NCBI RefSeq assembly: GCF_011386835.1
Contig: NC_088796.1
Location: forward strand, 55,862,001-55,926,000
Length of the DNA: 64,000 nucleotides
Direction of reading: 5' to 3'
Source: Chrysemys picta bellii
Taxonomy: Eukaryota
Of the stretch, positions 11,560-23,752 are shown piece by piece. Every line of letters begins with the position of its first letter. The first letter of the stretch is position 1. A program made the translations under genes and the position numbers. The notes beneath the pieces were generated by a model that saw only the letters and a list, made by a program, of their open reading frames with translations, ran no database searches and had not been told where the DNA came from.

Positions 11560-12290
11560 TGACAAATACAGATTTCTCAGCTTGAATTCTACGCGGTGTT
11601 GCCTGCTGAGGTTGTAGAGATGCTGGTGGAGCTGTGATTTACCACTAATGAGTTACATCCAACAGGGGATTGCTGAGGCCATTATTGGAATTGACTGTTA
11701 ATGCCTTCCCTAGGGAGAGCTTGAGGTTGGCTTTCCTTAAGGAAGCAATTATTGGTACCTTGCTCTAGAAATTATCTCTTGACACTGAAAAATCCTCCAG
11801 TTATTGTTTTGAATTACTGTTATTTAAGAAAGATTACTAAGGAGCTTGTGGCAAGGCAGCTTCAGTAACAGCCATGTTCCTCAGGACTTTTTGAGACCCC
11901 TCTGCCCCACCTCAGCTATTTTAGCATAGGCCTGGGTGTGGGACAGTGATTGCACTGGTTTTATTTGTTGATCACCTCATTCTGGTGATGGATAATGATA
12001 TAGCATTCATGAAGATTCTTTTAGATCTGTCTTTGATACCGTTGACAAATCTGCAGATCCTTGCAGGATTATCTTGAGTTGAATGGCACCATTCCAGAAA
12101 GTAGTGTGGGACAGTTGGTTATTTGGCCATGGGGGCTCCAGTGTGGAGTTCCACATGGGTCCCTACTGTCATTCTTCCTGTTCAGGCTGTATATGATACC
12201 CTTGAGAGAGTCAGGATGGGTTGCAGAGTTTTCTGTATGCTTGTAGTCACTCAGTTCTATATCTCCATTCTATCTAATTCCCTCTCTGAC
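11560..12290 (+). mobile_element. L2-type LINE reverse transcriptase relic
   Basis: Degenerate RT motifs, including CGVPHGSLLSFFLFRLYMIPL (cf. GVPQGSxLxPLLFxxYMxPL) in ORF 12061-12246 and gatctgtctttgataccgttgac (DLSxAFDTVD-like). Confidence 0.75.
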
Positions 12291-12420
12291 TCAGTCTGAG
12301 GCCTTGGGCAAATAATTTGTGTTTTCTCCCTTAGCGGTCAAATCTTTTAAATGAGGATATTTATGCTTCTAGATGTCACAGGAGTGTTGTAAGTAATCTG
12401 TTAATGTCTATACATTTTGA
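12290..12420 (+). mobile_element. MIR-type SINE relic
   Basis: gaggccttgggcaaataattt...tttaaatgaggata...caggagtgttgtaag core similarity. Confidence 0.45.
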
Positions 12421-14557
12421 AAATATAGGACCAAATTATTTTAAAAGGGAAGCCATCTTGCCTACACAAGATTTTGTATGTAATTGTGCACTTGCATTTG
12501 AATGCACAGTTATTATAATTATTCACACAAATAGTTAATTAGGCAATTCACTAAACATTTATGCTCACAATCAACTGCTTTACACATGCAATTAAAATAT
12601 GTGCAAACATCAGTGAACATATACAGTTGTGAAAACCTCCTGTTGAAAGAACTTCACCCATAAAATACAAAATACAGTAAATGTACATTTTTTCTGTGAC
12701 TTAGCTAGAACATAATGCATGGGTTAATCAACTCATCAGTCTTTTCCATATTTAGTACATTTGTCTACAGTACTTAATAATAAAGTACAATGAAGAACAA
12801 CCTATAAAGGAGATCTAAAATGTTATCTCAAAAAGCCTTAGTGTTCTTAAGCTCTTTTGAAGGCTCCTTTCCTTTCTGTATAGGTCCTTATATTGCCCTC
12901 ATCACTGTAGTATCTGAGCACCTTCCAACAGTTCATTAAGTTACGTGACTAATGCCTGTTACAGTGGTTCATTTTCTTCCTCCTCTCCCCAACGGAAGCA
13001 CTGGGTGCACTGTAGTGTTTTGTTTTAGAAGGTTTTGTTTTGGGTGGTGTTCTTTTTAAATGTTTGCTATGTGATTGCAAGGGAATTGGATCATTTGCAA
13101 GGTCGGGGTCATTTATTTTTCCTGGTGTTGGAAAGTGGATTTGTACAAAACTTAAAGGTGTAGATGTGTACAATGCTTCACTGTCAAGTCAATAACAATG
13201 TGCTAGCAATTCACCTTGAAACATGCTAGTAGAAGTACCAAGTCTATCACCATTTTCCTTCTCTAAAAAATCTGCCCTTGGTGCATTGTGAAAAGAAGCT
13301 TTGTTATGGGATGCCATAATGACTGATAATGAGAAATATTTTCTAAAACTGTCAAAAAAAATTCTCCCTATTGGAAGAAACCTTTATTTTGTGGTGTCTC
13401 AAAAAAGTGAAACATTTCAGGGTTTGCCTCAGACTGGTGACTTCCCACATCAACAAACCACTCAGCTGTGAAAATTGCAACTTTAAAAAAAAATTTGACT
13501 TTGTTGCCTGTGGAAATCTAAGATTTTTTCTCATTTAGAAAAATGTTTTTTATCTTCCTCCTGTAAAGCTTTGTTTCCTAGTGGAAATGCCCACATCCCA
13601 ACCTGGATCAAACCTCAGATTTTGCACACCTCAAGTGTGCAGTTTTTAATAGCTTCAACTCCCAGTTTATTTTAACCCTTTACAAATAAAAAAATGTGCT
13701 GAACACAAACAATCTGATAAATGTTGTCATCAAAATTGATCACAGTATGTACATTTATTAAAACATTTTCCTTCTATAAAAAACTAGCTGTTGCTGAATA
13801 AAAAGTCAATATGACTTTCAGTACACCTGAATAATATTGCATATGTTTTAAACACTACAACAATAGATGTTGCATCTGATAGCTTTGTAATTTATCATTA
13901 ATGTCAATTCACTTTACTCATCTAAAGGCACTAGCATCTTGGTAAATCCCTTTTAAAGTAGCAAATGGCTGTTTAGACAAACTTCTAAAAAGAATAAATG
14001 ATTCAGATCAGAAGCTTTTTCTATAACTCTTGCTATGCAGTAGACCAAAGATCAGCAGTAGTGAAGTAAAATGAAAATGCATATAATGAAACTTCATTTG
14101 TGTGATGTGCATCAAGTATTTGAATCATTTGTCCAGCAGTTCAGTCTTTGCTCTGTCCATTATTCTTACATTTGCTGAAAGATTTCAGCTCTCCATGGAC
14201 TAGCTCAGAGAATAGGTGGTTTGCATTGTCTCTGAAACATGTTGGAGTTCATTGCTTTCACAAATGGCTACAAGGAAGTGGACTATATCCTCATGCAGTA
14301 AGCTATCACATCAAATCTTGTGGGGGGGGGGGGGAGGGAAAGGGCCTCCAAGCCTCACTTAGATCCTCAGAATACACTCTTTATCCTGTGCCATTTTACA
14401 CCATCACCTTCTCAAAGTCAGCATGATGATCATTCCAAAATGCCTCTTGCCCTAGAGCCAATTAGTGTGTATGTTTAAGGGGGCTGCTAAAGAGCAACAC
14501 ATGGCTAAGAACAGGGGCTAAAGACATCTTCTCTGGCCCATGAGCAAAGGACCTGAA

Positions 14558-15019
14558 TAAAGTTGGTTGAAAATGTTGAATCCTGAAATTATTCGACAAA
14601 ATAAAAGGGACACTCCCCCCCCCAAAATATCACAAAAATGTTCCTCTTTTTTATATAAAATTTGGGTTTTCTTTTGTGAACAGTGGTAGTCACTGTTCAA
14701 TAAATAGCTGATAATTGTTGTTGTGGAAAATTTTAACTTGCCATAAAACTGAAAACTCAAAATTTTAACTGAAAACTAAAAAAAAAAAAAAAAATTAGAA
14801 AAAAACTGATAAAAATCCAAAGCTTTTTGGACAAAACTGCTAAAAATTGTAAAATAATTTAGTTTTTGATGAGATTTTTCATTTTGGAGGTTTTTGTTTT
14901 TCTCATGAAAACTTGAAAATTGTAGAGGAAAGCAGACCCTTTTTGTAAAACCGTTCAATTTGTTGAAGACCTAATTTCCAAAGAAAAAAGTTTTAATGGA
15001 AAATTTTCAGCCACTTCTA
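14558..15019. mobile_element. Old A/T-run-rich non-autonomous DNA element
   Basis: Inverted ends agttggttgaaaatgtt / aaaattttcagccactt; interior of alternating A and T runs, similar to 13340-13600. TSD not resolved. Confidence 0.45.
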
Positions 15020-15714
15020 GTAATATCCCTACACTTGGTATCTCATATACCACTGTGAGGTAACTGTGGGCTAATATTTACAGTATTTGCATTCACACAA
15101 CATTAATTTTTCCCCATTCACTAACAAGGCAAGAAACTATGTAATGACTGTGGCAAAGTAATCACATTGTCTGACTATATCACCATCGTAACATTCACAA
15201 AAAGCATTGATGTGATTCCTTACTTTGATATATTGGGCAGATTGGAGTCTACATTACATCCACTTCATCCCATTCACCTTCTAAACCGGGACCATCAACA
15301 AAACATGGCTTTGTGAATGTTTCTTTTTAGGCATTCACTAATTTAATAGAGAGGTAGAAATCAGTTAGGGCAAGATACCATTCTTATGAAGAATTGATCT
15401 GACAAATCTCTGTAGAATAAAAGAAATATCAGAAAATTTAGTCTGTTCAAAGCAATCTACTTGGAAAAAAAAGATTTGAAAATTATGAATGAAAAGGATC
15501 AATAGCAATATGGAGGGATAGAAAACAAAAACCATGTCTTAAAATCTTGCCATTTATCTGACTGTAGGTTTTCGAAAGTGAAATGTATTAGATTGAATCT
15601 CAGTAAATTTGACAAGAATTTAAAGCATTTCTCAAAATGGTAATGCACTGCTATTTAGACAGAGTGCTTTTTCCTTTGTAACAACTAAGGGCTTAATTTT
15701 GCCTTTTACATACA

Positions 15715-15776
15715 GGTCCTGATCCAAAATCCATTACAGTCTTTCCACTGGCTTCAATGGGCTTTGGATCAGGCCC
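15715..15776. mobile_element. Short palindromic MITE (same superfamily as 1012-1083)
   Basis: ggtcctgatccaaa...tttggatcaggccc inverted ends with cttcaatggg core; partially deleted. Confidence 0.65.
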
Positions 15777-16463
15777 ACGGCACATAATAAGAGACAGTAC
15801 AGAGCCACTTCGCTCCCACAGCTCCTGGGCACATCCAGCACCTACATCCCTTTATAGGAGTTATCCTGCCCCATAGGTGATGCATAAGGAGAAAAGCCAT
15901 GGTCCTGCCTCGTCTCCACCTATCCCTGACCCCTTTGAGATATCATGCAACTGCAGGAAAGTAAAGAGGCAACAGCCCCTGTATACCTCAAGTCACACAG
16001 ACTGTGACTCTGCTCTTACGCTCCTCTACATTGCACACCAATGAAAGGGCCAGAATCTGATCTGCTCAGTTTTAGAGGCAAAGCTTAATTTGTTAGCTGT
16101 GTCTCTTCCATATCATCCCATACAATCACCAGTTAAACAATACGGGCTGCTTTCAGTGTTGACACGTTCCTTCTCCATTAACATGGTCTTGACATTTCCC
16201 AAGGTCATCATTCCCATGGTTGAATCTCTCCCTGCAAATGAAGGATTCTCTTCAACCCTTTCTTCTGGCCTAAATACTTTAATGGAGTTTCTGGCTTTCC
16301 TCCTATGGAATTTGATTGGTTTTCTGCCTTCAGTCCTGCCCTCTTATCTGCCCCTGGGGCTGAGGGAGTGGAGTGCTGAGCTGAAGTTAACCCATTACTT
16401 GATGGTGACCAGGTAGTGCCATGTCTCATTATCACAAAAGGGGAAAAAATAACTTACATACAG

Positions 16464-16638
16464 CAACAGAGGGTCCTGTGGCACCTTTAAGACTAACAGA
16501 AGTATTGGAGCACAAGCGTCTGATGAAGTGGGCATTCACCCACGAAAGCTTATTCTCCAGTACTTCTGTTAGCCTTAAAGATGCCACAGGACCCTCTGTT
16601 GCTTTTTACAGATTCAGACTAACACGGCTACCCCTCTG
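16464..16638 (+). mobile_element. Penelope-like insertion with partially inverted pLTR
   Basis: 48-bp inverted arms 16463-16510 / 16555-16602 (45/48 pair); 3' end gactaacacggctacccctctg; 15-bp flanking duplication ataacttacatacag (16449-16463, 16639-16653). Confidence 0.9.
16516..16555 (+). ncRNA. Minimal hammerhead ribozyme motif with canonical CUGAUGA core
   Basis: GCGU-CUGAUGA-A-GUGGG cauuca CCCAC-GAAAGCUU-AUUC; stem I weakened (one mismatch, one G-U). Confidence 0.7.
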
Positions 16639-17327
16639 ATAACTTACATACAGTATTTACAGATAATATATTTGTCCTTCTATCACGGGTGAAACCTGCA
16701 ATTAAAGATATTATGATAAAAAGCTCATTTTCATTGCTAATGAGGCAAAAAGTTCATCAGGATGGCGGGACAAACACAATGGTGGCTGCAGTTCTTCAGG
16801 GAGTAGCAGAACATCATTGCTATTTCTAGGTTTCCATTCAGAAGTATGAATGATTGCGCTTTGCATTGTTTTTTATTGTCATAAAAGCTTGTAAAGTCAT
16901 ATACTAAGACAAAGATCCTTAAATGCAGGGGGAATGGAAAATACAGTTGGTTTGGAAGTTTGGATTCAGTTAAGGTTTCCAGTAATTGGAGCTGGATTTT
17001 AACAGTCTACTGAAGAGCTCTCAATGAACATTTTTTGTGGTGAACCAATGATCACCTAGTTAATTGCATCAGTTGTCTCTCCATTGGATCAATAGAACCA
17101 CTTGTCTCATTATTTCCATGATAAGATTAATTTTTGCTCATCACTGTGTAGTAAAAACTTGCTGTTTCCCCACCACTGTAGAATGACAAAGGGGAATTAT
17201 AAGAAGTAGAGAGCATAATGATTGCCATTTAAAGAATGAACCTTGGGAAGTGTTGTCAAACATTGACTTTTAAAAGTAACCATTGTATGATGAAGAACAG
17301 CTAAGTTTGTAATTGAAAAATGACAGC

Positions 17328-17962
17328 TGTTGTCAGTAGCTACCGGTGTGGTGCTTTGCTCTTGTTCGATGATGATAACAGTTGGCTGCGTGCGTGTTCC
17401 CTCTGTGTGCTGCTCCAGCTCTGCGCAGATAGCTGACACAGCAGACCCAGAGAGAACCCCCAATGATCACAGACTCTAGTAAGGTACGAAGGAACCTGAG
17501 CCAGGTTTATTGTCAAACGAAGCACAGTAATAGTTTCCCGTAGACTCTACAAGACATACTACGAATTTGTGCCCCTTGGCAATGGACTCAGTCAGTGGCG
17601 GGACTTTCCACTGCCCCCTAGGCCAGACAAAGATGCGCACTCCGGGACCTACTTTTATACAGTTACAGGACAGATTACTCATCCCTACTGACGTATTGAG
17701 GTACAGCCTCTTGGCTCATTAGGGTGCTGTCTCCCCTTTGATCATGTTGTTTCTATCCATCATGCTGTCCTTTTGACCCTGTCTTTAAGATGCACCTGCT
17801 TCTAGCAGCCCTCTTCTTGCCAACTTCTGTGAGCAGGGCCTGCCTCTGGCTCACAGTCCAGCTTTTGCTTAGCAATGCCTGGAAGTACTTTGGTTCAGGC
17901 TTCAGGCCTCAGACTAGGCCTCTGACACAAGAGTTTATGTTTCAGGGCCTCCTTTTACTACA
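17328..17962 (-). mobile_element. Solo LTR
   Basis: TGT...ACA termini; 5-bp TSD acagc (17323-17327, 17963-17967); minus-strand TATAAAA (17653-17659) followed by AATAAA (17506-17511). Confidence 0.85.
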
Positions 17963-18029
17963 ACAGCATTTGTCTCCATACAGCATTTGTCACAATTAGA
18001 AACACATTTTTAATCATTTACAATTGTCA

Positions 18030-18200
18030 GAGTTGACAGAAATGTGTGATTTACAAGGCTGAGCACAGGACATGGAGCCTGGAACTCCTATGGTCTCACA
18101 ACAACTTCTCATCCAAGAGCAAATAATTTTTACCTATATGCCTTCATTACCTCTTTTGTGAAATAAGAATGATAATAATTCATGGGATGTGAGAAGGAGG
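18030..18200 (+). mobile_element. MIR-type SINE relic
   Basis: gagcacaggacatggagcctggaactcc head and tgtgaaataagaatgataata core similarity. Confidence 0.45.
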
Positions 18201-19114
18201 AGTTAGTGGATCTGAAAGTTGATTGAAGATGTACTAGTAATAGTACGATATAAGTGCTGGTAATTATTATTACTATTGGTAAACTACTAGTGGTATAGAA
18301 GTTTAGCATACTGATATAGCTGAAGTAGCAAATAGCACAAATTATGTCTATGAGCATAAAGAAATATCGTAACTGGAGGGAGTACATTCCTAAGGTGATA
18401 GTGTGATTTTACTTGGATCAGAGATATTCCATCTGAGAGTGTGGGTCCCACAGACCTCTGCCAGTAACAGTGTTCATTTTGTAAACAGCAAACCTGGGTT
18501 AGAAAACAAGTCAAGAGAATGTCATTTAGTGAGTTTCTCGATATGCTAACGTGGCCCATTTTATTTTGTGAGGGAAATCCATAGGATTGTTAAATCTTCT
18601 TGTATCTTGTTCTCTGGAAAGAGAGAACAGTGCAGACATTCCTAACCATGAGAACCACACAAAGAGGACATGTCTGATCCTTTGCCTCTCCAGTTATATC
18701 TGGGCTCAGAAAGCTGCCCTGAGAGGGTGTTTCACTCTTTCTTCCACAGGGACTGAAAGGGATTTGCTAAAGTCACCTTTAGCTAGCTCTTTCTCTCTGT
18801 ACAGGACACTTTTTTTCTATCATCTGGAAGACTTCTTGATGTAATGCTTTGCAAGTTGCCATATGCCATTGTTTTACTAAATGTTGACTTTGTCAAAGGA
18901 AGTTCCTTCCTGACTGGAGCTACTGGATGCAGTCCTCTCTGGTCAAACAGAAAGGCTTCTGGCAGCAAAGGGATTTTAAATGTTTTTCTGGACCCTTTAA
19001 AGTTTTATTTCTTCTCTTCAAATTAGTCACATAATCTGCTACTAAGATATGATTCTAGATTTTATAATGTAAGGTCTTTTGATATCCCTCACCGCATGGG
19101 GTAATCATGCCAAA

Positions 19115-19300
19115 TGGGGCGTTTTCATTCTAAGGTCTCAAAGAGCTTTACATAGGTGTGCAAATATCATTATAGACATAAAATGGGGAAACTGAGGCAC
19201 AGCGTAGCAAAGTGACTTGCTCAGAATAACACAACAAGTCAGTGCAGAGGTGGTCAATAGACCCCAAGGTGTCATTTCTTGCAGTTCACTGCCCTAGAAT
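19115..19300 (-). mobile_element. MIR-type SINE relic
   Basis: aaaatggggaaactgaggcacagcgtagcaaagtgacttgctcag antisense core. Confidence 0.7.
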
Positions 19301-20254
19301 GGCCTACATACTGCTGCTTACTAGAGCGTGAAATCTATGGTCAAACTTTCATGGAGAGAGCATGGTGAAAGGACCTCTCAAGAAGTTATAGAAATACATC
19401 TCTGAAGAAAGGCCAGCAGAAGTTATTTTGTGAGCAGTTTTTATTATTTTGTGTTATTAATATAGGCAGATCTGGAAGGAACACATCATCTTCCCCACCT
19501 TCTCCCAACCCCATAGAAGCCCTTCCCTGAGTAGGGCAAAATTCCATAGGTAGGGAGGAAGTGGGGTCATGGGGGTCAGCTGCTTTCCTCAGCATTGTCC
19601 CACACAATGCAAACTCCCTGTTCTCTTCCCAATGTAGGGGAGGGGTTGTGGCATGGAGAACGGGCAGCTGGAGAAGCCCTGTTGGGAAGCAGAGTGGCGG
19701 TATCGGGATTTCATGTGGGTTTCTCTGGCCTCATCTGATCTCACCTGATCTTGCAGGTTTAGGAAGTTAAGTCTCATGTTATTTCTGTGCGGGGACTCAC
19801 CCTGGTCCATCGCCCAACAGAATAAAGTATCAGAAACTCTCTAAATTGGAACTCATGTCAGTTCTTGTCCCCTGTGAGGTGTTTCCTAGATAAGGGATGA
19901 CTTGTCCATTATTCCTTATCCCTCCAATTGTCACTGTTTGACAGGGACAATATACAGGGACCCAATGAATAGCTTCACTTGGCTCCTCTTGTCCAAGGAG
20001 GAAAGCGAACTACTTTCTTCAGTAGCAGGAATTGTTTTCATCCTGTTTTCCTTAGAGGAAAACTGCCCCTTCCTTTCCTTGGAGGAAAATTGCCCTTCAT
20101 GTTTTTTACTACCATTCATGGGGTGATAAATGGGACAACTGAATTAATGCCGTTCTGAACTAGGCCTGCAATCCTCTTAAGTCAGAAATGAAAAGGAGTT
20201 TGGTAATCACAGACTAAGGACCTGTCCTACTCCCACCATCACAAAACTACCATA

Positions 20255-20504
20255 CAGCTTGTCAAAAATCAACACAACTGATAGTTTTAAAAAATAAAAT
20301 AACTAGTTTTGTGTCTAATTACAACAACTGTTAGCCCACTAACTCTCCTTTGTCCTATGACTGATGAGGTGTTAATTGCCCACTTCATTTTGAATGGTTT
20401 CTTGCAACATGTGTTAATTCCTTATGTGAGACAATCGGTTCCACCTTGTATTTAGCTATGAAACTCTGATTACCTTTTCCAGACCTCAAGAGGAGTTGAA
20501 AGAT
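20255..20504 (+). mobile_element. Penelope-like element 3' region relic with degraded hammerhead
   Basis: tttgtcctatgactg...aggtgttaattg...ttccaccttgtatttagct...ccagacctcaagaggagttgaaag resembles the turtle Penelope 3' end; core and stem II of the ribozyme are broken. Confidence 0.65.
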
Positions 20505-20544
20505 CCCAACACTCTTCATAAACCTTACACAAAAAACAAGAATT

Positions 20545-21385
20545 CTTTCAAAAACCATTGCAATGCAGCCACCTCTGATGTGGAACAGAGCAGCTGTTAA
20601 ATTCAGCAAACAGCATTGCATAATAACAAAGTGAAGGCTGAACCGCATGCCGAATTTAAGTATACTACGTGGAATACCCTGCTCAGGCATTAGCTCAGTA
20701 CTGATTCATTGGGAAGAGTGCCATCTGATGAATCACCAAAACAACTTCATGCATAGGGTGACCAGACGTCCCGATTTTATCGGGACTGTCCCAATATTTA
20801 CTTGTTTGTCCCCCATCCCGACCAATGCTCCAGTGCACAGGCAGAGGGGCCTCGCACCCCTCCGCCCCAACTCCACCCCCTCTCTCCCTCATTGGAACCC
20901 TCCCCAAATTCCCGCCCTTGCCCTGCCCCAGCCCCGCCCCCTCACTGCCCCATTGGATCCCTCCCCAAATCCCTGCCCTGGCCCCGCCTCTTCCCCAAGC
21001 ACGCCGCATTCCTCCTCCTCACCCCTCCCTCCCAGGCTTGCGCTAATCAGCTGTATGGCGGCGCAAGCTCTGGAGGAGGGGGGAGAAGCAGGATGCGGCA
21101 GCCAGGTCAGGAGATGGAGCGGAGGTGAGCTGGGGGGGGCGGGGCGTGGAGCTGCCGGTGGGTGCTCAGCCCCCACCAATTTTTCCTATGCTCCAGCTTT
21201 TCTTTCTTTTCTTTATTTCCCCCTCCGCTGCTGGCTCTTGGGTTTTTTTCCCCCCCTCCACTGCTGGCTTTTGGGGTTTTTATTTTTTTGCTCTGCCAGC
21301 AGTTTCCCCCTCCCCCCCTGATATTTCACATCTCTCATCTGGTCACCCTATTCATGCAACACCCTCAGTTTTCTGTAGTGGACTG
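20545..21385 (-). mobile_element. AmnSINE1 (Deu-domain SINE) fragment, internally deleted and interrupted by a hAT MITE
   Basis: aatgcagccacctctgatgtggaac...gcagctgtt (~20562-20600) and ggcattagctcagtactga...gggaagagtgccatctgatgaatcacca (~20686-20740) match recalled antisense AmnSINE1 consensus; resumes after 21358. Confidence 0.65.
20754..21350. mobile_element. hAT (Tip100/MER91-like termini) MITE with GC-rich core
   Basis: TIRs tagggtgaccagacg / catctggtcacccta; perfect 8-bp TSD ttcatgca (20746-20753, 21351-21358). Confidence 0.92.
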
Positions 21386-22579
21386 AAATCACAACCCCAA
21401 GTCTTGGCTGCCAAAAGTAAGCCTCACATCTGGATATGCAAAGTTGTTACAGACTCACTTCCAGGATGGGATTTAGGTGCATTGGCAGAGTTGTTTGTAC
21501 ACTTTGATAGCATTCAACTTGCTAGGAACAGGCCCCTAAAATTATTTCTTACAAAAGTAAAATAATTCTGGCCAAACCTGCCCTTGATATTATATACACA
21601 ATTCCCACTACCTTCAAAGACAATTCTTCTGTGTTTATGGGAGCAGAATTTGGCCTCTTGTGCAAACAACTCACATTGGAACAGTTTTGGTACACTTATG
21701 TGGCCACTTGGCTCTTTCCTAGTGTGAGCTCTATTGACAGTGTTAACCAAAAGCATTTTAAGAAGATTTTTCAGGTGGATCTAAAAGTTACTGGAGGCTA
21801 ATGCTGAATCAAGCTTGAAGCTAAGTAGAATCAAAGTCATGATTACACAGTAAGATCAAATGTAGACGAGTATACAAACTTTGAGAAAGAACTTACATTC
21901 TGCATATTTAAATAGTTACTGCCTCTACAAGTTGCATTGAGACTCTATAAAATACAGCTCCCTTTGCCAGTAAATCAAGCTTATAAAAATGGTAATTGTG
22001 AAGTGCAGTTGCTAACCATATCAAGAGAAAAGGGATTTTGCATGTAATAGAGATTCTTTTCAATGATAAATTTTCTAGCTCCTGGCTACCGTGTATGAGC
22101 TCTATTAACTGCCAATAAATTGCTCATCATTAAATTTAGTTCACTCTTCTTAATTAGGCCAGTTTTTTTTTTCTAAACCTCCCCCAGCCAACACACACAC
22201 CTTAATATGGCAGGATATTTGAAATCCCAATCATCCTAGCAGCTGCTTCAGATGCACTACAATGGTGTCACTTTTGGAGTGATGCTGCACAGCCACAAAT
22301 GATTGAAAAGACTATGTATAAAACAAGATCAGGAGTTGAAGCACTGTAGAAATGGAAGGGTCGAGTTTTAGCCAAGGAAAGTATAATACCAACTATTATA
22401 CTCTTGCAGAAGCTCTGTAGTTTAGTTTAGTTAAGTAAAAAAAAATGTATACAATGAAAGGTGCATTTGAAGGAACTAAAAAAGTGCTATTTATTTTACA
22501 AAAAGATTATTAGAACAAGCAATGAAAATATGAAATTACAAGGCAACTTATGGCAGTCTGAGAGGAAGAGAGAAATGCA

Positions 22580-22885
22580 GGGGATGAAATTCACCCTCCT
22601 ATGAAGGTCAGAACAAAGCTTTCTGTATCACTTAAGCTCAGTCCAAGGCTGCCAAGGAAGGCCATCAATAGACTGCTTCTGCACCCCCTTTTGTGCCACA
22701 CAGGTCTCTGTGCCAGCTCCACGTAGGGCAGCATAAAGGGCAATCATGGGAGTAGGCCTGCAAAGGGGCCAGGAGACTGTACAAGAGCTGTGGAGGGCTG
22801 CTATACTATCCCAAGATCTGCAATAGGGGCCACATGAGTGCTGGATTACAGCCATGCTCTCTGATCCCAGGATGGATTTCACCTC
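22580..22885. mobile_element. Degenerate Harbinger-like MITE
   Basis: Inverted ends gggatgaaattcaccc / ggatggatttcacctc around a ~300-bp GC-richer body. Confidence 0.45.
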
Positions 22886-23297
22886 TCCACTACCTGCCTA
22901 AAGCCCAAAGCCTCTGGATTTCTACAAGTGAAGTTAATTTCACCCCAAAAGAACAAAGACACAGATCTACAAAGGAACTGAGCTGTTGCAGCACTCAGTG
23001 TCACAACACCTAGCTTTTAAATGCCTAGAAAGTCACTGGAACAATACAGGGATCCAAGAAGCGTAAATTAGGCACCTAACTGGATTCTGGGTCTCCCACA
23101 TCAGTACCCTAACCGCCAGGCTATTGAGTCATTCTCATTTTCTTTCTCTATTCCAATGACTTTTAAGTATTTATTTAAAGTGGAACAGGGAGCCCTGTAT
23201 CAGAATATCCCATAGGTCAGAGGTTAGAGCAGTAGGAGACCCTTGTTCAAATCTTTTTGCCCCTAAGGCAGAGGAAGGAATTGAACCTGTATCTTCC

Positions 23298-23752
23298 TGT
23301 GAAGGTCTAAGGGATACCATTTGACTGACGTCAGAGTTTAGCAGCTGGCTGGCTGATTAGCCCTGACTGTTGCACCTGGGGAAAGACCTGCAACTTAACT
23401 GGCTGATCCTCATAACATGGAGGGGAGGAGTTTCAATATCTGCCAGAGGCTGCAGCTACAGGTGGGAGGTGTTGCTCCCAGAAACAAAAATGGATGGAAG
23501 GGAGGCTGTGGGGAAGTCCTATATCAAAAGGCTCTGAGGTAAGAGCCAGGAACTTTGCATTGAGGAATTTATGGAAGGCGAGGGACAGACCTGGGCAAGT
23601 TTTAATCTTGTTTGTTGAAGAGACTTGAAATAAAAGAAACCACAACTCCTGACCCAGCTGGAAACTACCTTTCCTGGGCTCTGATTCAGTAGGTAGCCTC
23701 CAAGCACACTTACCTGATGAGGCCTCAAAGATGAGTTAGATGGAAGAATGTG
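23298..23752 (+). mobile_element. Probable solo LTR inserted in an older tRNA-related repeat
   Basis: Starts TGTGA; tatatcaaaagg TATA-like at ~23520; AATAAA at ~23629; flanking repeat tcttcc on both sides; 3' end lacks the canonical CA. Confidence 0.55.

Noticed and set aside
16090-16435. 108-aa + ORF and open minus frames (e.g. ...RNSIKVFRPEERVEENP...)
   Set aside because: No recognisable homology and no flanking splice signals; every frame closes within about 100 codons.
19715-19775. Possible 5S rRNA-like segment (ctgatctcacctgatcttg...ggaagttaag)
   Set aside because: Only about 17/23 identity in one short block; the flanks do not follow 5S or the AmnSINE1 head.
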